Shown: in pieces, positions 39,535 through 52,105 of the stretch | Layout of the letters: every line of letters starts with the position of its first letter | Numbering within the stretch: position 1 is the stretch's first letter | NCBI GenBank assembly: GCA_951406725.2 | Contig: OX597834.1 | Span: 27,342,001-27,406,000 of the forward strand | Direction of reading: 5' to 3' | DNA length: 64,000 bases | DNA from: Octopus vulgaris | Taxonomy: Eukaryota | The notes under the pieces: generated by a model | The model's database searches: none | Told to the model about the DNA's origin: nothing | What the model saw: the letters and a program-made list of their open reading frames with translations, nothing else | Translations under genes and position numbers: made by a program

Positions 39535-39934
39535 GTTCTATCTACTCTAGGCGCAAGGTCTGAAATTTTGGGAGAGGGGTCAGTCGATTAGATCGACCCT
39601 AGTACGCAACTGGTACTTAAATTATCGACTCCGAATGGATGAAAGACAAATTCGACCTCAGCGGAATTTGAATTCGGAACGTAAAGGCAGACGAAATACT
39701 TATTTCTTTACTACCCTCAAGGGGCTAAACACAGAGGGGACAAACAAGGACAGACAAACGGATTAAGTCGATTATATCGACCCCAGTGCGTAAGTGGTAC
39801 TTATGTAATCGACCCCGAAAGGATGAAAGGCAAAGTCGACCTCGGCGGAATTTGAACTCAGAACGTAACGGCAGACGAAATACGGCCACACATTTCTTCC
39901 CGCCGTGCTAACGTTTCTGCCAGCTCAACGACTT
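39535..39934 (-). mobile_element. SINE family C heterodimer (standard body + C2-tail body)
   Basis: 13-bp TSD ACGGATTAAAGAT at 39522-39534 and 39935-39947. Confidence 0.9.
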
Positions 39935-40334
39935 ACGGATTAAAGATAGTGAGAACAGGAATTCGGTGTCACAACCTCCAGGATAATTTTCTCAGACCTA
40001 CTAGATCGAATCACATGACAGTTATCTTGAGTAACTGTTGGTTGATACTTGTAGCTATACTAAGTGGGGTACACGTATGTATGATTATAGGAAAGAAAGG
40101 CGTAGGGCGTTTTGCTTTGGATTCTAGTGACCAACCAGACAAAACATATCAGGGTAATCTCCTATTTTCTTTTTACGAAGGGAATATCAAAATGCACTTA
40201 CTTATTTTAATTTCCACAATGCGATCGTCTTATACTGCAGGTTAACCAGCATTAAACTTGAGTTATATTTTATAATACAAGCCGTGAGTGCATAAAATAT
40301 ACATTAAGTATTTTATCACATCGCCGACTAATAC

Positions 40335-40480
40335 TCTATATGGAAATTTGCCAAGCCATTTCAATTACTAGTTTCAAGTTTGTATCTGATTTGAATAGCG
40401 ATTTACTATTGATTTCAGACGTAGAATGGTGAAGAGGGCTTATCTTGTGGTGAGTGGCCAGGGTAATTTCCATATTTTTT
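40335..40480 (-). pseudogene. Possible highly decayed Tc1-like transposase fragment
   Basis: Frameshifted LPWP..SP..ISP and FKSDTNLKLVIEMAWQIS resemble WPxxSPDLxP...LKxxIxxxW; weak. Confidence 0.35.
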
Positions 40481-40636
40481 CTGTGTGAAAAGAATAATAG
40501 GTTGTATTTATATGTTTCATTTTCACAATAATAATGTGAGTGCCTTCCTCTACATGCTACTTCATTCATACATGTATTCCCCTATAATTGTAACTGTACT
40601 TAGAAAACTGTAATATATTCTATTAATGTCAAGTCA

Positions 40637-41146
40637 GTGGAGGCGCAATGGCCCAGTGGTTAGGGCAGCGGACTCGCGGTCGTAGGATCGCAGTTTCGAT
40701 TCCCAGACCGGGCATTGTGAGTGTTTATTGAGCGAAAATACCTATAGCTCCACGAAGCTCCGGCAGGGGGGGGGGAGTGAACCGTGCTGAACACTTTCAC
40801 CACAACTTTCTCTCTCTCTTTTTTCCTGTTTCTGTTGTACCTGTATTTCAAAGGGCCAGCCTTGTCACACTCTGTGTCACGCTGAATCTCCCCGAGAACT
40901 ACGTTAAGGGTACACGTGTCTGTGGAGTGCTCAGTCACTTGCACATTAATAAATGAGCTGCGACGTCACTGGTTCCAAGCTGTATCGGCCTTTGCCTTTC
41001 CCTTGGATAACATCGGTGGCATGGAGAGGGGAGGCCAGTATGCATGGGCGACTGCTGGTCTTCCATAAACAACCTTGCCCAGACTTGTGCCTCGGAGGGT
41101 AACTTTCTAGGTGCAATCCCATGGTCAGTCATGACCGAAAGGGGTC
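40637..41146 (+). mobile_element. Chimeric SINE: B1 5' portion (to ~40950) fused to the D 3' half
   Basis: B1 match ends at CACTTGCACATTAAT; AAATGAGCTGCGACGTCAC... then matches 6071-6271; possible TSD AAT(G/A)TC(A/C)AGTCAG at 40625-40637 and 41151-41163. Confidence 0.88.
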
Positions 41147-41246
41147 GCAAAATATCCAGTCAGATATTAATACTTAGTAGTTACACCAGTCTCACAGATA
41201 GTTGTTTTTAAATTCTTTCCTGGTCTGTCTAAACTTAGATGTTGGA

Positions 41247-41606
41247 TGGAAGCACTCCGTCGGTTACGACGATGAGGGTTCCGGTTGATCCGAATCAACG
41301 GAACAGCCTGCTCGTGAAATTAACGTGTAAGTGGCTGAGCACTCCACAGACACGTGCACCCTTAACGTAGTTCTCGGGGATATTCAGCGTGACACAGAGA
41401 GTGACAAGGTCGGCCCCTTGAAATACAGGTACAACAGAAACAGGAAGTAAGAGTGAGAGAAAGTTGTGGTGAAAGAGTACAGCAGGGATCACCACCATCT
41501 CCTGCCGGAGCCTCAATAAACACTCACAACGCCCGGTCTGGGAATCGAAACCGCGATCCTATGACCGCGAGTCCGCTGCCCTAACCACTGGGCCATTGTG
41601 CCTCCA
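41247..41606 (-). mobile_element. SINE family B, tail B1, small internal deletion
   Basis: Matches 38239-38621; TSD AAC(T/A)TAGATGTT. Confidence 0.92.
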
Positions 41607-42046
41607 AACATAGATGTTACATTTTTTTTAAGAAACAAATTCTGTAATGCTTAAAATCCGATGGCTGATGCTCGGTCATGTCATTCCTGTAGTACACAGA
41701 AATCATTGTTTGAATCGCCGTTGTATGCTTTGTTTTTCATTCAGAAATAGTTGGTTGCATTTCAAGATGAGGGAAGATTTAAGTCAATGCCCAGCATTGC
41801 TAGACTATTGCAAACATGCTTCTCAGATTTTACTTCCTAAATTACGTATCTCCAAACGGTAACATGAAACAATGAAAAGCATAACAGATAAAGAAAAATG
41901 AGAAACGAGAAAAACAAACGAAACGAAAGAAATAATTTGATATGTTTTAATTTCAGATTTGAGAGTCCACGCAAATTATTTCCGTTGCAATATTATTGTT
42001 TTTAACACACACACAACACATTTCTCAGCAGTGATCTAAGTATCTA

Positions 42047-42141
<95 letters not shown>

Positions 42142-42178
42142 GTCCGTCCGTCTTTCTGTCTGTCTGTCTTTCTGTCTA

Positions 42179-42245
<67 letters not shown>

Positions 42246-42270
42246 CTATTCATGCCTCTGTCTCAGTCTG

Positions 42271-42347
<77 letters not shown>

Positions 42348-42349
<2 letters not shown>

Positions 42350-42760
42350 TCTTACTCTTTACTCTTTTACTTGTTTCAGACATTTGACTGCGGCCATGCT
42401 GGAGCACCGCCTTTAGTCGAGCAAATTGACCCCGGGACTTATTCTTTGTAAGCCCAGTACTTATTCTATCGGTCTCTTTTTGCCGAACCGCTAAGTGACA
42501 GGGACATAAACACACCAGCATCGGTTGTCAAGCAATGCTAGGGGTACAAACACAGACACACAAACACACACACATATATATACATATACATATATACGAC
42601 GGGCTTCTTTCAGCTTCCGTCTACCAAATCCACTCACAAGGCATTGGTCGGCCCGGGGCTATAGCAGAAGACACTTGCCCAAGATGCCACACAGTGGGAC
42701 TGAACCCGGAACCATGTGATTGGTTAGCAAGCTACTTACCACACAGCCACTCCTGCGCCT
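42348..42760 (-). mobile_element. SINE family A, full length
   Basis: Matches other A copies; tail abuts (TA)n. Confidence 0.93.
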
Positions 42761-42973
42761 ATTCTTTATCTATTGGCAAGAAATATTGAAATAAACCTGA
42801 ATGATATACATACATAAATATATACATGCATGCTTGCATAGATGCATATATACATAAATACATACATACATGAATACATACATACATACATACATACATA
42901 CATACATACATACATGTATTTTTAATGTGCATTATATGTTTCCGAATATGTATATAGCTCTTTCACTAGCTCA

Positions 42974-43037
<64 letters not shown>

Positions 43038-43315
43038 ATTTCTTTCTTTCTCTGTAGGCACACTCACTTGAACACATTAACTCGATGGAACTTTTCGCAA
43101 CTAACTGAAAGAGTTTCAAATTCTTCACTTAACAAACTGACTTAAAGAAAGAAAGAAAAAAATAGAAAGGACGAAATAAGATTCCTCTCTGATACAGAAT
43201 GAAATACAATTCTTTCTCATATTTTGCGAATTTCGGATAATCTAAACATTAAGCAAAGGGTAGGCTTAAGGAAAAGAAACTGGTGGTCATTGTGTCACTT
43301 TTCTAACATTATGCG

Positions 43316-43374
<59 letters not shown>

Positions 43375-43465
43375 CTTTTTTTTCTTTCTTAAACCTTCAA
43401 AAGAAAAGCTCTACCTTGTAATTTGTTCTATCTGTGTGCAGCCCTGTGTGGCTAATAAAGAAACA

Positions 43466-43528
<63 letters not shown>

Positions 43529-43532
43529 TTGC

Positions 43533-43617
<85 letters not shown>

Positions 43618-43720
43618 AATCTATATATACACATATATACATATATACGTATACGTATATCAATCTATCTATACACATATATACATATATACGTATACAC
43701 ACACACACATATATATATCT

Positions 43721-43794
43721 GTGGTGCTATTAAGTTAGACATGGCCTGGGCCAATAATGGCCGAAACCTATCAAAGTATCAAAGTATCAAAGTA
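43721..43794 (+). mobile_element. Extreme 3' tip of a LINE related to 10541 and 46777
   Basis: GTGGTGCTATTAAGTTAGACATGG is shared with the LINE 3' UTR; GGCCA-ATAA-TGGCC hairpin; (TATCAAAG)3 tail. Confidence 0.75.
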
Positions 43795-43833
43795 TATATA
43801 TGTATATATGTATGTATCTGTTTCTTTTTCAGC

Positions 43834-43878
<45 letters not shown>

Positions 43879-43880
<2 letters not shown>

Positions 43881-44045
43881 GCCAGGAGTGGCTGTGTGGT
43901 AAGGAGCTTGCTTACCAACCACATGGTTCCGGGTTCAGTCTCGCTGCGTGGCACCTTGCGCAACTGTCTTCTACTATAGCCCCGGACCGATCAAGGCCTT
44001 GTGATTTGATTTCGGAGGCAGAAACTGAAAGAAGCCCGTCGTATA
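43879..44045 (+). mobile_element. SINE family A, 5' half
   Basis: CAGGAGTGGCTGTGTGGTAAG...GAAACTGAAAGAAGCCCGTCGTATA. Confidence 0.87.
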
Positions 44046-44108
44046 CGTGTGTGTGTGTTTTTGTGCGTGTGTGTGTGTATGTGCGTATAGATTGATCGAT
44101 AGATAGAC

Positions 44109-44192
<84 letters not shown>

Positions 44193-44205
44193 TGATCGAT
44201 AGATT

Positions 44206-44262
<57 letters not shown>

Positions 44263-44324
44263 CGAGAGAGTAGGAGAGAGATAATGCACAACAAAAGATA
44301 CCATAAACATATAAACACACAAAT

Positions 44325-44372
<48 letters not shown>

Positions 44373-44607
44373 ACATACACAGACACACACACACACCCAC
44401 ACTTACACACCCCTACCCACACATGCACTCACACACCGCACAAGCATTCATGCACCCTGGATAAAATATTCCTATCAGACGATATCATAGGTGGCGCTAG
44501 CGAGCCAAGCAACTCGTACCGCTAAAGCAGACTCCATGATGGAAGATTGAAACAAAGGAAAATTGGTGAGATCCATCGTTGCTGCTGCTGCTACCACTGC
44601 TGCTACC

Positions 44608-44652
<45 letters not shown>

Positions 44653-44829
44653 ATTATTCGCTGGAATCCTGAACGATTTGTCTGTGTGTCACCGTTTGAC
44701 TTTTTCCCATGGTCACTAGAGAAAAACAACTTTGGTATTTATCACAAACTAAACGGAAACCGACGATTCTAATGATGCAAGATACTTGCAGCATCCACAT
44801 CCTATGAAGAGGGGTGGGGTGACATATCG

Positions 44830-45097
44830 GTGGGGATGATGGTGGTGGTGGTGGTGGTAGGGATAGTGGTGGAGGTTATGGTGATCATGGTGGTGGTGGT
44901 AGTAGTGGTATCAGTAGTGATGGTAGTAGTGGTATCGGTGGTGACGGTGGTGGTGGTGGTAGTAGTAGTAGTGGTATCGGTGGTGATGGTGGAAGTGATG
45001 ATAGTAGTGGTATTGGTGGTAGTGGTGGTGATGGTAGTAGTAGTAGTAGTAGTAGTCGGTGGTGATGGTGGAAGTGATGATAGTAGTGGTATTGGTG

Positions 45098-45129
<32 letters not shown>

Positions 45130-46060
45130 GGTATCGGTGGTGATGGTGGAAGTGATGATAGTAGTGGTATTGGTGGTAGTGGTGGTAGTGGTGGAGGTAG
45201 AGATAGTGGTGGAGATATGGTGATGGTGGTGGTGGTAGTAGTAGTAGTGGTATCGGTGGTGATGGTGGAAGTGATGATAGTAGTGGTATTGGTGGTAGTG
45301 GTGGTGGTGGTGGTGCTGATGCTTGTAGTTGCGGTAGTGGTGGAGGTAGAGATAGTGGTGGAGGTTATGGTGATCATGGTGGTGGTGGTAGTAGTAGTAG
45401 TGGTATCGGTGGTGATGGTGGAAGTGATGATAGTAGTGGTATTGGTGGTAGTGGTGGAGGTTATGGTGATCATGGTGGTGGTGGTGGTGATGTTGATAGT
45501 TGTTGTGGTAGTGGTGGAGGTAGAGATAGTGGTGGAGGTTATGGTGAGCTAATGGTGGAGGTTGTAGTGTCGGTGGTGCCAGTGGTGATGGTGGAAGTGA
45601 TGATGGTAGTGGTGGTGGTGGTAATGGTTGTGGTGGTGGTGGTGGTGGTGGTGATGTTGATAGTTGTATTGGACTTGGAAGCATATATATTTGGTGGTGG
45701 TCGTGGTGGAGGTATAGCTAATGGTGGAGGTTGTAGTGTCGGTGGTGCCAGTGGTGATGGTGGAAGTGATGATGGTAGTGGTGGTGGTGGTAATGGTTGT
45801 GGTGGTGGTGGTGGTGGTGGTGGTGATGTTGATGGTTGTATTGGATTTGGAAGCATATATATTTGGTGGTGGTCGTGGTGGTGTTGTAATTTTTATTTGT
45901 TGTTGTCGACATTAGTGGTGGTAGTGGTAGTGGTGGGGTGGTTGTGGTTGTGATGGTGGTGATTGTGGCGGTGGTAGTGGTAGTGGTGGGGATGGTGATG
46001 GTGGTGGTGGTGGTGGCGGATTGTTCGTTATTGGTGGTAGTTGTGGTGATGGTGGCCATG
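44830..46060. repeat. (GTG/GTA/ATG)-derived minisatellite with higher-order repeats
   Basis: Recurring GGTATCGGTGGTGATGGTGGAAGTGATGATAG; 169-bp tandem duplication starting at 45547 and 45716. Confidence 0.9.
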
Positions 46061-46299
46061 GTAGGAGCACAGTGTTGTTCTTGGTACTGATGATGGTGGA
46101 CGAAGGGATGGTGGTAGTGGTGGTGGTAATGGTTGTTGTGATGGTATATTTTCCTATAAAGTAGGTGATCATAGTCATGATAATAGTGACATAGAAATAT
46201 TAAAATGTTTATGCGATGAATATATTAAAATGGAAACTAAGCACCTCAGAAAAAATATATATATATATGGAGAGAGACAATGTGAAGGAGTGAAAGAGT

Positions 46300-46358
<59 letters not shown>

Positions 46359-46452
46359 ATATATATAGGCAGATGCCTATACATTTGTATATAGGGAAAT
46401 GTGTTAATTACCAGTGACAAATATGTGATCAAATATATTTCGAAACTTTATG

Positions 46453-46525
<73 letters not shown>

Positions 46526-46776
46526 TATATATGTGTGTGTACATATGTATAGTATATATATACAGTAGATATATTTTTGTTGAAAAAGGAAATAGTAGTC
46601 TTTTGGCTGCTATTTCTAAAATTTTCGGTATGTGGTCAAGCAACTTGTTGCAAAAACCCTTATTGTTATAATTATATATGTTTTTACCGAATATGGTCCT
46701 TTTCCATACCGAAATACTACTAGGTGAAATTTGTTGATTTTATTAACTTAATTATATTTCACCCTATATCTGTAAT

Positions 46777-46983
46777 AAACTTAGATATGTTTCGACCAAA
46801 GATTGCTCCAGACCATGTCTAACTTAATAGCACCACCTGATAGGATTACTTGAATCCTGTTTAAGTCAAGTTTTGTTTATGGTCCATTCAAGTAGTGAGT
46901 TTTTGTTGGGTGAGTTGTATCCAAGTATGGGTGGCTTATCTGGTATTCCTTGAAGGAATCTATCCAGACTCCGTTTAAAGTTG
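46777..46983 (-). mobile_element. 5'-truncated LINE 3' end (CR1/L2-group-like), copy 2
   Basis: Encodes FKRSLDRFLQGIPDKPPILGYNSPNKNSLLEWTINKT*, a typical FK..LD.FL..IPD.P...GY LINE ORF2 terminus. Confidence 0.8.
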
Positions 46984-46996
46984 AATATATATATAT

Positions 46997-47129
46997 CTCT
47001 TTTAATTGTTTCAGTCATTTGACTTTGGCCATGCTGGAGCACCGCCTTTAGTCGAGCAACTCGACCCCGGGACTTATTCTTTTGTAAGCCCAGTACTTGT
47101 TCTATCGGTCTCTTTTGCCGAACCGCTAA
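46997..47129 (-). mobile_element. SINE family A, 3' fragment
   Basis: GCCATGCTGGAGCACCGCC...GCCGAACCGCTAA. Confidence 0.88.
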
Positions 47130-47193
47130 ATGTGCATCGTTGGCGATTTTTTTTCCCTCTGTCTTCCCTTCTCTGGATCTTTCCTTCTCCTAT

Positions 47194-47228
47194 GTTTCCG
47201 ACGAAGAGCTCCGCTCGAAACGTTGAAC
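47194..47228 (+). ncRNA. Minimal type I hammerhead-like motif, variant core CCGACGA
   Basis: GTTT-CCGACGA-A-GAGC TCC GCTC-GAAA-CG-TT-GAAC; stems I and II pair; stem III region AACGTT is palindromic. Confidence 0.6.
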
Positions 47229-47401
47229 CCTCCTTCTTTCCTTCTTTCCTGAGCGTCCAATAATACTATATTTGTCCCACGTCCTCGCGTTGTTGTGTTT
47301 TTTGTGCTTTCTTGTTTGGATTTACTTTATATATATGGATATAGACAGAGAGACCGGCAGACAGACAGACAGATACATACATACATACATACATACATAC
47401 A

Positions 47402-47437
<36 letters not shown>

Positions 47438-47782
47438 TATGTTGGTATATATACGTGCATGTGTGTGTGTGTTTCTGTTTCTCCCTCACCACCACTTTAC
47501 AGCTGGCGTTGATTCGTTTACGTCCCTGTAACTTTGCAGTTCGACAAAGGAGACGATAGATTCACTACCAGGCTTATAAAAAATATGAATATATAAGTGA
47601 TGAGCTGACGAAGTGGCTTGCGAGTGATTCTGGTAGACTGAAACCGCAAGGAAATGCGTTGTACATACATTTACGTGAGTGTACGTGTGTATGAGTGCGT
47701 ATGTATGTGTGTAAGATGGTAGGAGTGTCTTTGTATCCATATTTGACCCTCCAGTGAATAGACAACCCATATCCGTTTAAAA

Positions 47783-48933
47783 GGCGGCGACCTGGCAGAA
47801 ACGTTAGCACGCCGGGCGAAATGCGTAGCCGTATTTCGTCTGCCGCTACGTTCTGAGTTCAAATTCCGCCGAGGTCGACTTTGCCTTTCACCCTTTCGGG
47901 GTCGATTAAATAAGTACCAGTTACGCACTGGAGTCGGTATAATCGACTTAATACCTATGTCTGTCCTTGTTCATCCCCTCTGTGTTTAGCCCCTTGTGTT
48001 TAGTAAAGAAATAGGTATTTCGTCTGCCATTACGTTCTGAGTTCAAATTCCGCCGAGGTCGACTTTGCCTTTCATCCTTTCGGGGTCGATTAAATAAGTA
48101 CCACTTACGCACTGGGGTCGATATAATCGACTTAATAGCCATGTCTGTCCTTGTTCGTCCCCTCTGTGTTTACCCCCTTGTGGGTAGTAAAGAAATAGAT
48201 ATTTCGTCTGCCGCTACGTTCTGAGTTCAAATTCCGCCGAGGTCGACTTTGCCTTTCACCCTTTCGGGGTCGATTAAATAAGTACCAGTTACGCACTGGA
48301 GTCGGTATAATCGACTTAATACCTATGTCTGTCCTTGTTCATCCCCTCTGTGTTTAGCCCCTTGTGTTTAGTAAAGAAATAGGTATTTCGTCTGCCATTA
48401 CGTTCTGAGTTCAAATTCCGCCGAGGTCGACTTTGCCTTTCATCCTTTCGGGGTCGATTAAATAAGTACCACTTACGCACTGGGGTCGATATAATCGACT
48501 TAATAGCCATGTCTGTCCTTGTTCGTCCCCTCTGTGTTTACCCCCTTGTGGGTAGTAAAGAAATAGATATTTCGTCTGCCGCTACGTTCTGAGTTCAAAT
48601 TCCGCCGAGGTCGACTTTGCCTTTCATCCTTTCGGGCTCGATAAATTAAGTACCAGTTACGCACTGGGGTCGATATAATCGACTTAATACCTATGTCTGT
48701 CCTTGTTCGCCCCCTCTGTGTTTAGCCCCTTGTGGGTAGTAAAGAAATAGATATTTCGTCTGCCATTACGTTTTGAGTTCAAATTCCGCCGAGGTCGACT
48801 TTGCATTTCATCCTTTCGGGGTCGATTAAATAAGTACCAGTTACGCACTGGAGTCGATATAATCGACTTAATACCTATGTCTGTCCTTGTTCGTCCCTCT
48901 GTGTTTAGTCCCTTGTGGGTAGTAAAAAAATAG
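47783..48933 (+). mobile_element. SINE family C hexamer: one head + six 184-bp bodies
   Basis: Units start at 47831, 48015, 48199, 48383, 48567 and 48751; units 1-2 are repeated as 3-4 (identical 64-aa ORFs 368 bp apart in the track). Confidence 0.95.
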
Positions 48934-49235
48934 ATAGTTTAGTTTATGTTAGCGATTCAACACAATGTCCGTTAGAATACGGAGCAGATTTTATGAATTA
49001 AGCATTGAAGTCGGTTTCTTTGAATAAAAGCTCTGCAAACACTGCCCCAGCATGGCCGCAGTACAATGACTGGAACAAGTAAAAGATAAAAGATCAAAGA
49101 GTTGCGATAGGGAAGACTTATTTACAAAATGTCTGAAATGCTATCAATGACGAGATGTGAAAGCTGTGACGTAATTTGTAATGGATATTCTCCAATCACA
49201 AGGTCAGCCGGTAACTGCAAATCCCGTTGCTGCTG

Positions 49236-49289
<54 letters not shown>

Positions 49290-49941
49290 TTACTACTACA
49301 TATATATATACATGAAAATATTCATACATGTACACATACGTCCAATTATATACAAGCATATACTCGTATATACATACACGTAAAAATACGTAAGTACAAA
49401 CAGATTAATAACAGAGTATTACAAACAGAGTATTCATAAATATATTCATATACACTCGCGTAGATATGTAAATATATACAAACATATATACGTATAAAAA
49501 TGCATATATGCGTATATACAATTATTTATGCATAAATAAGTACAAACACACACTTTCGCACATACATAGAAAAACATAGTATTCATACCTAATACATAAT
49601 ATAATTATATATATATGTATGTATGTATGCATGCATGTATGTATGTATGTATGTATGTATGTATGTATGTATGTATGTATGTATGTATGTATAGCATGTA
49701 TGTATGTATGTATGTATGTATGTATGTATGTATGTATGTATGCATGCATGTATGTATGTATGTATGTATGTATGTATGTATGTACGTAAGCATGTACGTA
49801 AGCATGTATGTATGTATGTATGTATGTATGTATGTATGTATGTGTGTGCGTGTGTGTGTATTTATATATACATATATATATATAAGTACTTGAATAAAGA
49901 TATAGATAAACATATGCATGTGTACAGAAATGCATATTTCC

Positions 49942-49981
<40 letters not shown>

Positions 49982-50351
49982 GCATACATATTTACATGCA
50001 TATTTACGTAGATAAATATATAATATATAATTATATATAAACATACGTGTTGATATATATATGTATATATATATATACATACATACGTGTTGATGCAATA
50101 CGAGAGAGCTCGAGTCTGTTATACTCCACATTCGCCCTCCCTCCTGTTCCTCCTCCTTGGCGTTTATTCCGCCCACTACCCGAAACAAATTACATTCGAC
50201 ATGCTACACACACACACACACACATACACACACACATACACACAAGAACATATATACATATACATATATATACACAAAAATATATTTATATATATATATC
50301 TACACATATATGTATATATACATACACACACACACAGACACACACACACAC

Positions 50352-50404
<53 letters not shown>

Positions 50405-50842
50405 CATATATGTTTAAGGTGTTGCATTGCATTACATTCTTCAGCAAGCAACACGCTCTGTGTTGGTATTTCCTGCGTATATGCAACATTACAAACACTT
50501 TTACAGATAGAAACAAGAACAATAAAATGAATAGAAATAAATAAAACAAAAAAAACATATACACACAAAGACGTAACTACAAGGAAAAAGAAAAGTAAAC
50601 AATAAATATATAAAAGGAGATAAAAAAACAAAAAGCAATGCAGAACAACCTCTTCTGCCATCCGGGTATTTCCTGCGTTGATACGAACAATTCTTTTTGG
50701 TAATAGCATTACGTTCGCGTCCACTTCAGATGTATATGAATAGCGGTGGGTGCATATAGAGAAGTACTTACGAAATTATGTATTTTGAAATGTGTGTATA
50801 TAAACATACATACATACATACATATATATATTATATATATAT

Positions 50843-51104
<262 letters not shown>

Positions 51105-51249
51105 CGTACATTATACATATAAACAAATATATGCTATATATTCGCGCACATAAATATGCATATATATATGTATGTATCTATATATATATATGTATGTATA
51201 TATATATATATATATATATATCCCCATCAATCTAGCTATCTATCACAAA

Positions 51250-51285
<36 letters not shown>

Positions 51286-51308
51286 AACACACACATGTTA
51301 TAATGTAA

Positions 51309-51481
51309 CAATTATTCGGTAGTCATGATAAAACTTCGAGTTTCGGATGCCGAAGTGGAAATCCACGCTGCCATCTCTTCAGTTATCCGGCCATCGGAAA
51401 AAATACTATGAAGAGATGGCGGTGTGGGTTTCCACCTCGGCATCCGAAACTCGGAGTTTTATCATGACTACTGAATGATTG
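51309..51481. repeat. Inverted repeat: 73-bp arms, 27-bp spacer
   Basis: Arms 51309-51381 and 51409-51481; 7 differences by my alignment, all transitions, no indels. Confidence 0.94.
51327..51387 (-). ncRNA. Type I hammerhead ribozyme motif
   Basis: Minus strand: GATAA-CTGAAGA-GATG...GTGG ATTT CCAC...CATC-C-GAAA-CTCGAAG-TT-TTATC; 5-bp stem I, 3-bp stem III, one extra C at the base of stem II. Confidence 0.62.
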
Positions 51482-51805
51482 CTTCTTGTCTGTCCACTAA
51501 CAGTTTCTTCTTGAATTACATTTATTCGTTTTCGTATATCCACTTCTGTATCGCTTGTCATTCATGTATTGTTTGTCTGTTCTCAGTCCCATATTCCCTC
51601 CAAGTCTTCAAAGAGCCACCAGCTAGGAAACAATATTATCGTTAAAGATACGAAATTGCGTTAGACTCACTGGCCGATAGCTGATGAGATATTGAGGACC
51701 TTCTGTGTCTGTTTTCCATTCGTCTGTGCATTTAGTATATGTTTTCTAACTTGCCATTCTGTGTCTGTTTCTCGTGTGCGCATTTATAATACATTTTTAA
51801 CTTAT
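51482..51805 (+). repeat. Unclassified ~320-bp dispersed repeat, copy 1 (possibly Penelope-like UTR)
   Basis: Colinear with the reverse complement of 62600-62930 (TGAATTACAT, CCACTTCTGTATCGCTTGT, AATATTATCGTTA, CGATA.CTGATGAG). Confidence 0.82.
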
Positions 51806-52044
51806 ATATATATATAAGAGGGTCTTCTTTCAATCACCACCATCAAAATCCTCCACTCACAGGGATTTGTTCTGCCTGAGGTTATGGTAAAAGACACTTG
51901 CCCAAGATGCCACACAGTGAGACTGAATCAGAAAAGATATGGTTGGACATACATGCATGAATACACACAAACATACATACATACATACATACATACATAC
52001 ATACATACATACATACATACATACGTAGAGACAGAGAGACAAAC

Positions 52045-52105
<61 letters not shown>

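Noticed and set aside
47831-48933. Tandem array as a CRISPR array or repeat protein
   Set aside because: No unique spacers and no cas genes; the 184-bp period is not a multiple of 3; units match dispersed SINE C.
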